Source: Anaerolineae bacterium | GTDB lineage: Bacteria; Chloroflexota; Anaerolineae; JADYZS01 | Length of the DNA stretch: 49,413 nt | Direction of reading: 5' to 3' | Assembly (NCBI GenBank): GCA_034434975.1 | Contig: DAOTYP010000005.1 | Location: forward strand, 1 to 49,413 | Shown: piece after piece, positions 18,503 through 28,184 of the stretch | How positions within the stretch are numbered: the first letter of the stretch is position 1 | Layout: every line of letters begins with the position of its first letter | Position numbers and translations under genes: made by a program | The notes under the pieces: model-generated | What the model saw: only the letters and a program-made list of their open reading frames with translations | Told to the model about the DNA's origin: nothing | Databases searched by the model: none

Positions 18503-18949
18503 ATGAAGTGTCCTCACTGCGGCCATGCAGACGCGCGCGTCGTGGATACCCGCGAGGCTGCCGATAGCATCCGGCGGCGGCGCGAGTGCTTCAATTGCGG
18601 CAAGCGCTTCACCACCTATGAGCATGTGGCCCACGCGCTCATGGTCGTCAAAAGGGATGGGCGCCGCGAGCCCTGGGATCGCAACAAGTTAGCCGACGGC
18701 ATCCGGATCGCTTGCGCCAAAAGGCCCATCCCTGCCGAACGGCTGGAAGGGCTGGTAGAGCAGATAGAAGACAAGGTGATGTCTCTGGGGCGCAGCGAGG
18801 TCAAAAGCGAATACATCGGCCAGTTGGTATTGGAAGGGTTGAAAGAACTGGATCCGGTGGCCTACATCCGCTTTGGCATCGTCTACCTGGCCCTGCCCGA
18901 TCTTCACGCCGTCCGGGCGGAGATTGACCGTCTGTTGGAGGGCAGGTAG
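18503..18949 (+). CDS. nrdR: Transcriptional repressor NrdR
   Basis: ATG 18503 gives MKCPHCGH...CFNCGKRFTTYE (Zn ribbon) followed by an ATP-cone (VVKRDGRREPWDRNKL...). The ORF-track start at 18413 runs through the promoter and is rejected. Confidence 0.9.
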   Translation: MKCPHCGHADARVVDTREAADSIRRRRECFNCGKRFTTYEHVAHALMVVKRDGRREPWDRNKLADGIRIACAKRPIPAERLEGLVEQIEDKVMSLGRSEVKSEYIGQLVLEGLKELDPVAYIRFGIVYLALPDLHAVRAEIDRLLEGR

Positions 18950-19258
18950 CACTTCGGAATGGACGTCTGTAGTATGGTCGGCTACTCATCGTTTCTAACC
19001 GCCTCGTCTTCGCTGGGAGTCAGCCCTCTGACCGGCGCGCCGTCGGCAAAGTGCGCTCGCGATCCGCGCGCCGGGCCGTCCGAAACCGGCGTGGACCCGC
19101 ACGCCCCGCGCGCTGACCCGCTGCTCGCCGCCGCTGAACTGCGCTGAGTTTGGCCATCCGGCCCCTACCAAGGCCGTACCACCACCTTTTCTGCTGGCGC
19201 TATCCATAAAAAAGATAAGGATGGAATCGTCTACTCTTTAGTCTGGGAGGGTTTCGTC

Positions 19259-21766
<2,508 letters not shown>

Positions 21767-21786
21767 GCCACGCGACAGGCGAGGAT

Positions 21787-21815
21787 TTGGCGCCTATGAC
21801 AACTGGTGCTACAAT
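21787..21815 (+). promoter_or_regulatory. sigma70-type promoter of the ferredoxin gene
   Basis: -35 TTGGCG (21787-21792), 17-nt spacer, extended -10 TGC-TACAAT (21810-21815). Confidence 0.55.
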
Positions 21816-21872
21816 CAAGCCCAGGCGGCTCTTGCTGGGTTCGCCCGATCTCAAACTACCAAGGGGGAACGT

Positions 21873-22166
21873 ATGACCCACGTCATTACATCCTTGTGCA
21901 CGCGCAAAGGCGACTGCGTGGAGGTCTGCCCAGTGGAGTGCATCGTCCCTGGGCCCAAGGGTAATCCGGATTGGCCCCTGTTCTACATTGACCCCGACAC
22001 CTGCATTGATTGCGGGGCCTGCGTCCCCGTCTGTCCCCCTGAGGCTATCTTCCCGGAGGCCGATGTGCCCCCCGAGTACCAGGAGGACATCGCCAAAAAT
22101 CGGGAATATTTTACCAAAGGGCCAGGCTACTGGAAGTTTGACCTGGAGAAGGAGCGAGTGCGCTAA
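21873..22166 (+). CDS. fdxA: Ferredoxin, 7Fe type ([3Fe-4S][4Fe-4S])
   Basis: 97-aa ORF with SD AAGGGGGAA. The cysteine patterns are CxxxxxCxxxCP and CIDCGACVPVCP, as in 7Fe ferredoxins. Confidence 0.85.
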   Translation: MTHVITSLCTRKGDCVEVCPVECIVPGPKGNPDWPLFYIDPDTCIDCGACVPVCPPEAIFPEADVPPEYQEDIAKNREYFTKGPGYWKFDLEKERVR

Positions 22167-22168
22167 AG

Positions 22169-22203
22169 CGACCGAGGCTCCCCACAAACGGGAGCCTCGG
22201 TCG
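22169..22203 (+). terminator. Intrinsic-terminator-like hairpin after the ferredoxin gene
   Basis: 14-bp perfect stem: CGACCGAGGCTCCC (22169-22182) pairs with GGGAGCCTCGGTCG (22190-22203), with a 7-nt loop CACAAAC. It is followed by TTCTC (a weak U-tract). It starts 3 nt after the stop codon. Confidence 0.7.
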
Positions 22204-22272
22204 TTCTCAACGACGCACGCAAAAAGCGACGGCGGCGCCCCGAGGACCGATGTGAGCGTAGAAAAGGGACCA

Positions 22273-22347
22273 TGCCCCCGGCGCGACTTGAACGCGCAGC
22301 CTGGCGCTTAGAAGGCGCTCGCTCTATCCACATTGAGCTACGGGGGC
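22273..22347 (-). tRNA. tRNA-Arg (anticodon UCU)
   Basis: Folded manually from the reverse complement. The parts are: acceptor GCCCCCG/CGGGGGC, D stem GCTC/GAGC, anticodon stem AGCGC/GCGCC (one A-C mismatch), loop CTTCTAA (T33, anticodon TCT, A37), 5-nt variable loop, T arm GCGCG-TTCAAGT-CGCGC and discriminator A. It is 75 nt long and CCA is not encoded. Confidence 0.85.
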
Positions 22348-22363
22348 GCTCGGATGCAAACCT

Positions 22364-22393
22364 AGTATAATCCACGAAGGCCGCCATGGTCAA
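22364..22393 (-). promoter_or_regulatory. sigma70-type promoter of tRNA-Arg
   Basis: On the minus strand: -35 TTGACC (22393-22388), 18-nt spacer, -10 TATACT (22369-22364). This is about 16 nt upstream of the mature tRNA 5' end. Confidence 0.55.
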
Positions 22394-22418
22394 AAATTCC
22401 TCCGACGCCCTCGGATCA

Positions 22419-23585
22419 TCACCGACGGTAAACGACCTGCCCCCCTACCATCGTCATGACCACCTGCAGACCCTCGTCTAGCAGGGTGAGGTCAGCATCT
22501 TTGCCAGGCTCCAAACTCCCTTTGCGGTCCGCCACGCCGATGGAACGGGCAGGCGTCAGGCTCGCCATCTCCACCGCTTGCGCCAGCGGACAGCCGACCA
22601 CCTGCACCAGGTTGCGGACGGCCTGATCCATGGTCAGAAGGCTGCCGGCCAGAGAGCCGCCCGCAGTACGGGCGACCCCCGCACGCACGCAAACCACCTG
22701 CGCGCCCAGCGGATAATCGCCGTCGCCCAGCCCGGTCGCGGCCATGGCATCGGTCACCAACACCGTGCGCTCCGGCCCTTTCGCCCGCACCAGAACGGTC
22801 ATCGCGGCAGGATGCACATGCACCGTATCTGCGATCAGTTCGGCAAAGACCTCATCGCAGGCGAGGGCAGCGCCGACCACTCCTGGCTCGCGATGATGAA
22901 GACCCGTCATCGCGTTGAAAGTGTGGGTCACGTGGTTCGCGCCAAGTCGCACGGCAGCCAGCGCCTCGTCAAAGGTAGCCGCCGAGTGACCGATGGAGAC
23001 GACCGCGCCGTGCTGCAAAGCGTAGGGGATCAGTGCACGGTTTTCCGGCACCTCCGGCGCAAGGGTGAGGAGGCGAACAACTCCACTCGCCAACCAACGG
23101 CCATACTCCTCGGGATCGGCGGGGCGGATGAACTCTGGCGGCTGCGCGCCTGCCATCTTGGGGCTGATGTACGGTCCCTCCACGTGAGCCCCCAGCACCT
23201 GTGCCCCCCCTGTGCCTTGCCGTCGTGCCTCCGCGACGGCCTCTAGGAACCGCTCAATGGATGCCGCGCGGTCGGTGATGGAGGTCGGCAGGAAAGCCGT
23301 CGTGCCGTGCCGAGCGTAGAAGGCGGCTGCAGCAAAGATGGCCTCCACGCTCCCTTCCATCATATCTCGCCCCAGCGCGCCATGCACGTGCACATCAACG
23401 AAACCGGGGACAACCCAACACCCTGCGGCATCAATGACCTCCATGCCGGACGGGTCGCCGAAATCATCTCGCCTACCGACGCCGACGATGCGCCCCCCTG
23501 CCACAAGGAGCGCACCACCATCCCATCGTTGGGTAGGGGTGATGATCGTGCCGTTGATGATGAACCTCTTCTGCATCTCAGCCAT
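22419..23585 (-). CDS. nagA: N-acetylglucosamine-6-phosphate deacetylase
   Basis: Amidohydrolase metal motif GFVDVHVHGALGRD is present. The blocks HLEGPYI-like VEGPYISP, IGHSAAT and THTFNAM are present, plus the C-terminal GSLEPGKDADL. Start ATG 23585 is chosen because a consensus promoter (23596-23624) lies inside the longer ORF-track version. A second ATG lies at 23576. Confidence 0.85.
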   Translation of the reverse strand: MAEMQKRFIINGTIITPTQRWDGGALLVAGGRIVGVGRRDDFGDPSGMEVIDAAGCWVVPGFVDVHVHGALGRDMMEGSVEAIFAAAAFYARHGTTAFLPTSITDRAASIERFLEAVAEARRQGTGGAQVLGAHVEGPYISPKMAGAQPPEFIRPADPEEYGRWLASGVVRLLTLAPEVPENRALIPYALQHGAVVSIGHSAATFDEALAAVRLGANHVTHTFNAMTGLHHREPGVVGAALACDEVFAELIADTVHVHPAAMTVLVRAKGPERTVLVTDAMAATGLGDGDYPLGAQVVCVRAGVARTAGGSLAGSLLTMDQAVRNLVQVVGCPLAQAVEMASLTPARSIGVADRKGSLEPGKDADLTLLDEGLQVVMTMVGGQVVYRR

Positions 23586-23595
23586 AGTGAGGGAG

Positions 23596-23624
23596 ATTAT
23601 ACGGGTAAACGCAGGTAAAGTCAA
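23596..23624 (-). promoter_or_regulatory. Near-consensus sigma70 promoter giving a (near-)leaderless nagA mRNA
   Basis: On the minus strand: -35 TTGACT (23624-23619), 17-nt spacer, -10 TATAAT (23601-23596). Only 10 nt separate the -10 element from ATG 23585, and no SD is present. Confidence 0.6.
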
Positions 23625-23653
23625 TCGGCCTGCGCCGACGCACCAACATTATG

Positions 23654-23682
23654 TTGACCTCCCATGACAAACGTGTTATACT
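23654..23682 (+). promoter_or_regulatory. sigma70-type promoter of the 784-aa gene
   Basis: -35 TTGACC (23654-23659), 17-nt spacer, -10 TATACT (23677-23682). It is divergent from the nagA promoter. Confidence 0.6.
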
Positions 23683-23757
23683 TGAACATCAGAAACACCG
23701 TTGCCGCGCTTAGGAACATGAAAGCCGATAGCCCTCCTTCTCCTGAGGAGAAAGGAC

Positions 23758-26112
23758 ATGTTTCCACCGTCAGATGCGTGGGCCGTGTTCTTGCCGGACG
23801 GCCCCCCTGTTGACACGCCCCTATGGGAGGCAGAAACTCGGCCCTGGTCGTCGGCTTTGGCCGAGCATTACATCGCCTTGGCTAACTCCGCCGAAGGCCT
23901 GCTGCTAGACCCTTTCGCCCGGCACCCTGAGGGCGTGTTGGCAGCCGTGCGCGCCGGGCGTCGCGTCCTCGCCGTCAACCTGGACCCGACCCGTCTCCTG
24001 AGCCTACGCCTGAGCCTCTCCCCGCCGGCGCCGCGCCTGCTGGATGCCGCTTTGCGCGCGCTGGCCGATTCGCCGAAGGGAAACGAACCCCTCTCTCGCC
24101 ACCTATCCGATCTCTATCGCACCTCTTGCCCGCACTGCGGCAAGCCTGTAACCGCCGACTATTTCATCTGGGATGGCGATGCTGCCTTGCCGGTGGAGAA
24201 ACTGACCCGTTGTTCCGCCTGTAACGAGGAAAGGTTGAGCTCCGTCACCCCGGAAGACAGGCTCGTGCTGGAACGGTTGGAGCCTCGCGGCGCCCTCTAT
24301 TGGCAACTGATGAGCCGCCTGGTCGCCGGCCCGCAGGACGCCCTGGCCGAGCGCGCGGCGCAACTCCTCTCCCTCTATACACCCCGCAATCGCTACGCTT
24401 TGGCAGAACTGGCCTTGCGGGCGGAGACGCTCTTTGACGATGCCGACAGCCTGCGCGCCTTGCGAGGGCTACTCCTCTCCTGCCTGGAGCGTTGCCATTC
24501 CCTCTTCGCGCCCGGTGCTCCGGAACGGCCCACGCGGCCTACGCGGCTTCGCCCCCCGCGCCGCTTCATAGAGCGCAACGTCTGGAAAGCCCTGTTGGAC
24601 TCTTATCGCGTCCTACGCGCCCGCGCCGCCGCGAACGTCTCTTGGACCCTAAGCCTGCGCGCGTTGCTAGAAGCCCAAGCGCCCGTCGTCCTGGCCCAAC
24701 AGGCTACCGCGCGGTCCCTGGCCCGCGCCTTGCCTGCCGGCCTGGTGGACCTTGTGCTCACGGAGCCGCCTCGCGCGGACGCCGCCGAGTATGCTCTGGC
24801 CTACCTGTGGGCGGGTTGGCTCTTCGGGCGAGAGGCCACCACAGCCCTCCGCCCGTTGGCCATGCCCCGCCCTTCCTCCGATTGGGGATGGTATGCCGAC
24901 GCCCTGAAAGGGGTTTTGGGCTCGTTGCGAGAGGTATTGCATCCCAACGGCAAGGTCGTCTTGGCCTTCGGCGCGCAGGATGATGCCATGCTCGTCGCGA
25001 TCTTGCAGGCCGCAGCCCAGGCCGGCTTCCGCCTATATACCGCCGTCGCCCAACCCGATGCCTCGCCCACCTTGCATCGCCTCGTCTTGGAGATCGCGCC
25101 GCGTGCCCCCAAGCCGACCAGGCTTTCTCCTGCCGAACGTAGCGAGTTGGGACGTGAGGCCGCCCTGGCCGCGCTGAGGATCACCGGCCAGCCGATGCAA
25201 GGCAAAACCTTGGCCCGGGCGATCCTGTACGCCTGGGGCCGGCAAGGAGCCATCGCGGCGTCGCCGGATGGCCCTTCGCCTCCCGAGCACATCGCTGCAC
25301 AGCCGACAGAGCCGACGCGCTGGTGGGACGCGGCCGCCGCCGTTCTCGTTCCCGACGACAACCTCGCCCTCATCGGCCCGGCGCCTGAACAGGCCGACGA
25401 AAGGCGAGCGCGCCTGGAGGCCACATGGTGGCTCACGCAGCCCCACCAGGCCGATTCCCCCCTGGCGGACCGGGTAGAATCTTTCATCTATGATGCCTTG
25501 TGCCGGCAAGAACGATGGTCCGAAGCGGACCTGGCCTCAGCCCTTTACGCCACCTTCCCCGGCCTCTTGACGCCCCCCCGAGACCTGATCCGCGCCGTCC
25601 TCTCCTCGTACGCCCTGGAAGAATCGCCCGGCATTCGGCGGCTGCGTCCGGAAGATGCGCCCGCCGCTCGCGCCGCGGAGCGCAACGAGTTGCAGGCGCT
25701 CCTCCTGAGCCTTGGCCTGCGCCTGGGCTACGCGGTGCAAGATGTGCCAGCAACGCCCGGGCCCTGGCAGCCCTGCCGAGTCCTCTGGCTGGACGAGAAC
25801 GGCCCGGCGCGCGCCTTCGTCATACAAACTGCGGCGGCCCTCGGCCCTTTGCTGGCTCCCATAGATCCTTCCCTGGCTTTGATCCCTCACCATGTCCTCA
25901 TCCCCGGCGGGCGCGCGGCCCTCGTGGCGCACAAACTCCAACGGGTGCCGGGCTGGACAGGGATGATGGCCGCACGCGGCTGGCAGTTCGTGAAAAACCG
26001 CCATCTACGCAGGCTGGCAGAGATGGCCGAGTTGGATCGCGCCGGTTTCGCCGCGCGCCTGAGCCTTGACCCTATCGTGGAGCAGCCGGAAACGCAATTG
26101 TCGTTCTTCTGA
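23758..26112 (+). CDS. Large hypothetical protein: methyltransferase-like scaffold with degenerate SAM/catalytic motifs and a Cys4 Zn ribbon
   Basis: SD GGAGAAAGGA precedes ATG 23758. The motif-I-like block LLLDPFARHPEGVLAAVRAGRRVLAVNLDP (23908...) has RHPEG where GxGxG is expected. A Cys4 ribbon CPHC...CSAC lies at 24127-24222. The motif-IV-like block DLVLTEPPRADAAEYALAYLWAGWLF (TEPP at 24760-24771) has EPPR where (D/N/S)PP(Y/F) is expected. The order and spacing recall Zn-ribbon-containing N6/N4 DNA methylases (COG1743-like). The roughly 400-aa C-terminal half is unrecognisable. Confidence 0.6.
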   Translation: MFPPSDAWAVFLPDGPPVDTPLWEAETRPWSSALAEHYIALANSAEGLLLDPFARHPEGVLAAVRAGRRVLAVNLDPTRLLSLRLSLSPPAPRLLDAALRALADSPKGNEPLSRHLSDLYRTSCPHCGKPVTADYFIWDGDAALPVEKLTRCSACNEERLSSVTPEDRLVLERLEPRGALYWQLMSRLVAGPQDALAERAAQLLSLYTPRNRYALAELALRAETLFDDADSLRALRGLLLSCLERCHSLFAPGAPERPTRPTRLRPPRRFIERNVWKALLDSYRVLRARAAANVSWTLSLRALLEAQAPVVLAQQATARSLARALPAGLVDLVLTEPPRADAAEYALAYLWAGWLFGREATTALRPLAMPRPSSDWGWYADALKGVLGSLREVLHPNGKVVLAFGAQDDAMLVAILQAAAQAGFRLYTAVAQPDASPTLHRLVLEIAPRAPKPTRLSPAERSELGREAALAALRITGQPMQGKTLARAILYAWGRQGAIAASPDGPSPPEHIAAQPTEPTRWWDAAAAVLVPDDNLALIGPAPEQADERRARLEATWWLTQPHQADSPLADRVESFIYDALCRQERWSEADLASALYATFPGLLTPPRDLIRAVLSSYALEESPGIRRLRPEDAPAARAAERNELQALLLSLGLRLGYAVQDVPATPGPWQPCRVLWLDENGPARAFVIQTAAALGPLLAPIDPSLALIPHHVLIPGGRAALVAHKLQRVPGWTGMMAARGWQFVKNRHLRRLAEMAELDRAGFAARLSLDPIVEQPETQLSFF

Positions 26113-26149
26113 ACGACCCTCGCCAAGGCCCGATGGGAGCGTATTCCTA

Positions 26150-26178
26150 TTGACCGGTTGCAAGCAGTGTGGTAGAGT
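26150..26178 (+). promoter_or_regulatory. sigma70-type promoter of the wHTH gene
   Basis: -35 TTGACC (26150-26155), 17-nt spacer, extended -10 TGG-TAGAGT (26173-26178). Confidence 0.55.
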
Positions 26179-26263
26179 ATGGGCAATAAAAACGGGGTCA
26201 GGCATGCGTGCGAGGCTCGGCGGGGGCTGGCGACGCCAGTTTTAATCCCGGAGGCCGGAGCTG

Positions 26264-26626
26264 ATGCTGGACTGGGTAGATTCGGAGCTGCTCACCTTCG
26301 TAGAGAGGTTCGCAAGCCAGCGAGCACTGTGGAAGATCACCGAGTATTTCGGCCGTAACCCCCATATCTCTCAGACCGAGGAGGCCATCGCCCAACGCCT
26401 TGGGCTCAGCATCGCCGATGTCGGCGAGCCGCTACAGATCCTGTGCCGAAATGGCCTTTTGGAACGGGAGGAAACCCAAGGCCCTCCCCTCTACCGCCTC
26501 ACATCCGATCCCGCCCTTCACTCTATGGCGAGGCGATTCGCCCGGTTGTGCGACTTCGCAGCGCGAACCTCCTATCAGGCCCTGCTGAACCCCGGCAACG
26601 GGCACATGGCCGCGCTCAACGCGTGA
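26264..26626 (+). CDS. Small winged-helix-turn-helix protein (MarR/ArsR-like fold), function unknown
   Basis: 120-aa ORF with SD GGAGG upstream. The segment TEEAIAQRLGLSIADVGEPLQILCRNGLLEREE...LYRLT has the helix-turn-helix-wing pattern. No metal-binding motif was seen. Confidence 0.55.
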   Translation: MLDWVDSELLTFVERFASQRALWKITEYFGRNPHISQTEEAIAQRLGLSIADVGEPLQILCRNGLLEREETQGPPLYRLTSDPALHSMARRFARLCDFAARTSYQALLNPGNGHMAALNA

Positions 26627-26654
26627 TACTCCCCACGGCAACGTCGGGCAGGAA

Positions 26655-26693
26655 ACGAACGGGGCATGATGATGCCCCGTTCGTCCTTTCTCC
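26655..26693 (+). terminator. Intrinsic terminator after the wHTH gene
   Basis: 13-bp perfect stem: ACGAACGGGGCAT (26655-26667) pairs with ATGCCCCGTTCGT (26672-26684), with a 4-nt loop GATG. It is followed by CCTTTCTCC. Confidence 0.7.
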
Positions 26694-26712
26694 GCAGGGG
26701 CGCACGGCGCTT

Positions 26713-26740
26713 TTGATCCTGCCTGAGGATGCGGTATAAT
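26713..26740 (+). promoter_or_regulatory. sigma70-type promoter of the MBL-TPR operon
   Basis: -35 TTGATC (26713-26718), 16-nt spacer, -10 TATAAT (26735-26740). Confidence 0.5.
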
Positions 26741-26769
26741 GCGCTTTGATAGCGCACGGGAGGAAGGGC

Positions 26770-27411
26770 TTGGAGATCACCTGGTATGGTCACGCGTGTT
26801 TCCGCTTGCGCGAACGCGAGGTGACCGTGATAACCGACCCCTACGACAAATCCGTCGGCTACACGCTTCCGCGCCTCCGGGCCGACATTGTAACCGTCAG
26901 CCACGCCTCGCCGGGGCACAACAACGTCGCCGCTGTCAAAGGCGAGCCTAAGGTGTTCACAGGCCCCGGCGAGTACGAGGTAGGCGGCATCTTCATCACC
27001 GGCATCCCCTCCTGGCATGGGCGCAAGCAGAGCGGCGAGCGCCTGAGCAACACCATCTTCCTGTTTGAATTTGACGGCCTGACCGTCTGCCATCTGGGCG
27101 GGTTGGGCCAGGTCCCTTCCCAAGCGCAAATGGAGGTCCTCAGCGCGATCAGCGTCCTCCTCATCCCTGTAGGCGGGGGGGACCATCTGGACGCCGCCGA
27201 AGCCGCCGAGGTCATCGGCGCGCTGGAGCCCAGCATCGTCGTGCCAATGCTCTACAGGCTCCCCGACCTCACCATCCCTTTGGATCCGGTCAGCAAATTC
27301 CTGAAGGAGATGGGCCTACCTGAGCCGGGGCCTCAGGACTCGCTCAAGATCAGCAAGGGTTCGCTACCGGAGGAGACGCAGATCGTCGTCCTGGCAGCCA
27401 AGCAGGCTTGA
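26770..27411 (+). CDS. Metallo-beta-lactamase-fold hydrolase (UPF0173-like)
   Basis: TTG 26770 is preceded by GGGAGGAAGG and gives (M)EITWYGHACFRLRE...VITDPY, the usual N-terminus of this family. The VSHASPGHNN block is present. The earlier ORF-track start at 26746 falls at the predicted transcription start. Confidence 0.75.
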   Translation: MEITWYGHACFRLREREVTVITDPYDKSVGYTLPRLRADIVTVSHASPGHNNVAAVKGEPKVFTGPGEYEVGGIFITGIPSWHGRKQSGERLSNTIFLFEFDGLTVCHLGGLGQVPSQAQMEVLSAISVLLIPVGGGDHLDAAEAAEVIGALEPSIVVPMLYRLPDLTIPLDPVSKFLKEMGLPEPGPQDSLKISKGSLPEETQIVVLAAKQA

Positions 27412-27422
27412 GGGGAGGAAAC

Positions 27423-28088
27423 ATGAAGCGAGAGATGCGGAGAGTCCTGACCATGCTGTTCATGGCCTTGTTCTTGGCCGCATGCGGCAAGCCGGCCAAC
27501 CCAACGCCAAGCGCGGACGCGCAAGCGCACCTTCAGGCCGGCCGCGAGGCGATGGAAGCCCAGGATTATCGGCGCGCGGCGGAAGAACTAGAGCGAGCGG
27601 TTAAGTTAGATCCGACCTTGGCCGAAGCCTACTTCCGGCTGGGCAATGCCTACCGCCAGTTAAACGAGTACGACAAAGCGGAAGCATCCTACCGCAAAGC
27701 GCTCAAACTAAACCCCAACGACGCCAACTCCCACGCGAACCTGGGCGTCGTCCTTTATGAGCAAGATCGCCTGACGGAGGCCGAGGCCGAGTTCAGGGCC
27801 GGTCTGAAAGCCTCCCCCGACGATCCGGAACTCCACTACCTGTTAGGCGCAACGCTCCTCCAGCAAAATCGCCTGGACGCGGCCAAGGCGGAACTGGAGA
27901 AGGCTATCCAACTGAAGCCAGACCTATCGGAGGCCTGGTACGGCCTGGGCGTCTATTACAAACTGGTAGGGAACAAAGAGGAAGCCATCAAGGCCTTTGA
28001 GCACTTCCTGGAACTCCCGCCGGCTCAGGATCCCCGCGCCCGCACCGAAGCCGAACGGGAACTGCGAGAACTGAAGAGCGCGCCTTAG
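27423..28088 (+). CDS. TPR-repeat lipoprotein
   Basis: ATG 27423 follows GGGGAGGAA. The signal peptide has the lipobox LFLAAC. At least five TPR units are present (AEAYFRLGNAYRQLNEYDKAEASYRKALKLNPND and others). Confidence 0.8.
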   Translation: MKREMRRVLTMLFMALFLAACGKPANPTPSADAQAHLQAGREAMEAQDYRRAAEELERAVKLDPTLAEAYFRLGNAYRQLNEYDKAEASYRKALKLNPNDANSHANLGVVLYEQDRLTEAEAEFRAGLKASPDDPELHYLLGATLLQQNRLDAAKAELEKAIQLKPDLSEAWYGLGVYYKLVGNKEEAIKAFEHFLELPPAQDPRARTEAERELRELKSAP

Positions 28089-28114
28089 CGACGCTACCTG
28101 TGCCATCCATAGAG

Positions 28115-28168
28115 AAACGCGACAACGCGAGGGCAAGTCCCCCAGCGCACTCGCGTTGTCGCGTTCCG
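28115..28168. terminator. Long perfect hairpin between convergent genes (bidirectional terminator candidate)
   Basis: 16-bp perfect stem: AACGCGACAACGCGAG (28117-28132) pairs with CTCGCGTTGTCGCGTT (28151-28166), with an 18-nt loop. It sits in the 96-nt gap between the TPR gene (+) and the transglutaminase gene (-). There is no clear U-tract on either side. Confidence 0.5.
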
Positions 28169-28184
28169 AACGAGCCTTCAGCCA

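Noticed and set aside
19010-19140. Possible cobalamin riboswitch upstream of the B12-dependent nrdJ. The hints were AGTCAG...GACCGGC (B12-box-like) and CGCCGCTG (GCCACTG-like).
   Set aside because: The B12-box-like element has a 6-nt insertion and lies 5' of the GCCACTG-like element, which is the wrong order. The GGTGnnAAnTCC and GGGAA core elements are missing. Cobalamin riboswitches are also not expected on B12-dependent RNRs. The region is kept only as an unexplained structured spacer.
18959-19147. 62-aa ORF in the nrdR-nrdJ spacer.
   Set aside because: It has no SD, no codon-position GC bias distinct from its surroundings and a low-complexity product, so it is most likely non-coding.
21873-22166. 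Ferredoxin as a dedicated redox partner of the adjacent class II RNR.
   Set aside because: It has its own promoter and terminator. The nrdJ C-terminal Cys-rich tail points to the usual thioredoxin-type reduction, so adjacency alone is not evidence.
22163-22393. 76-aa minus-strand ORF.
   Set aside because: It is fully occupied by the tRNA-Arg gene, its promoter and the ferredoxin terminator.
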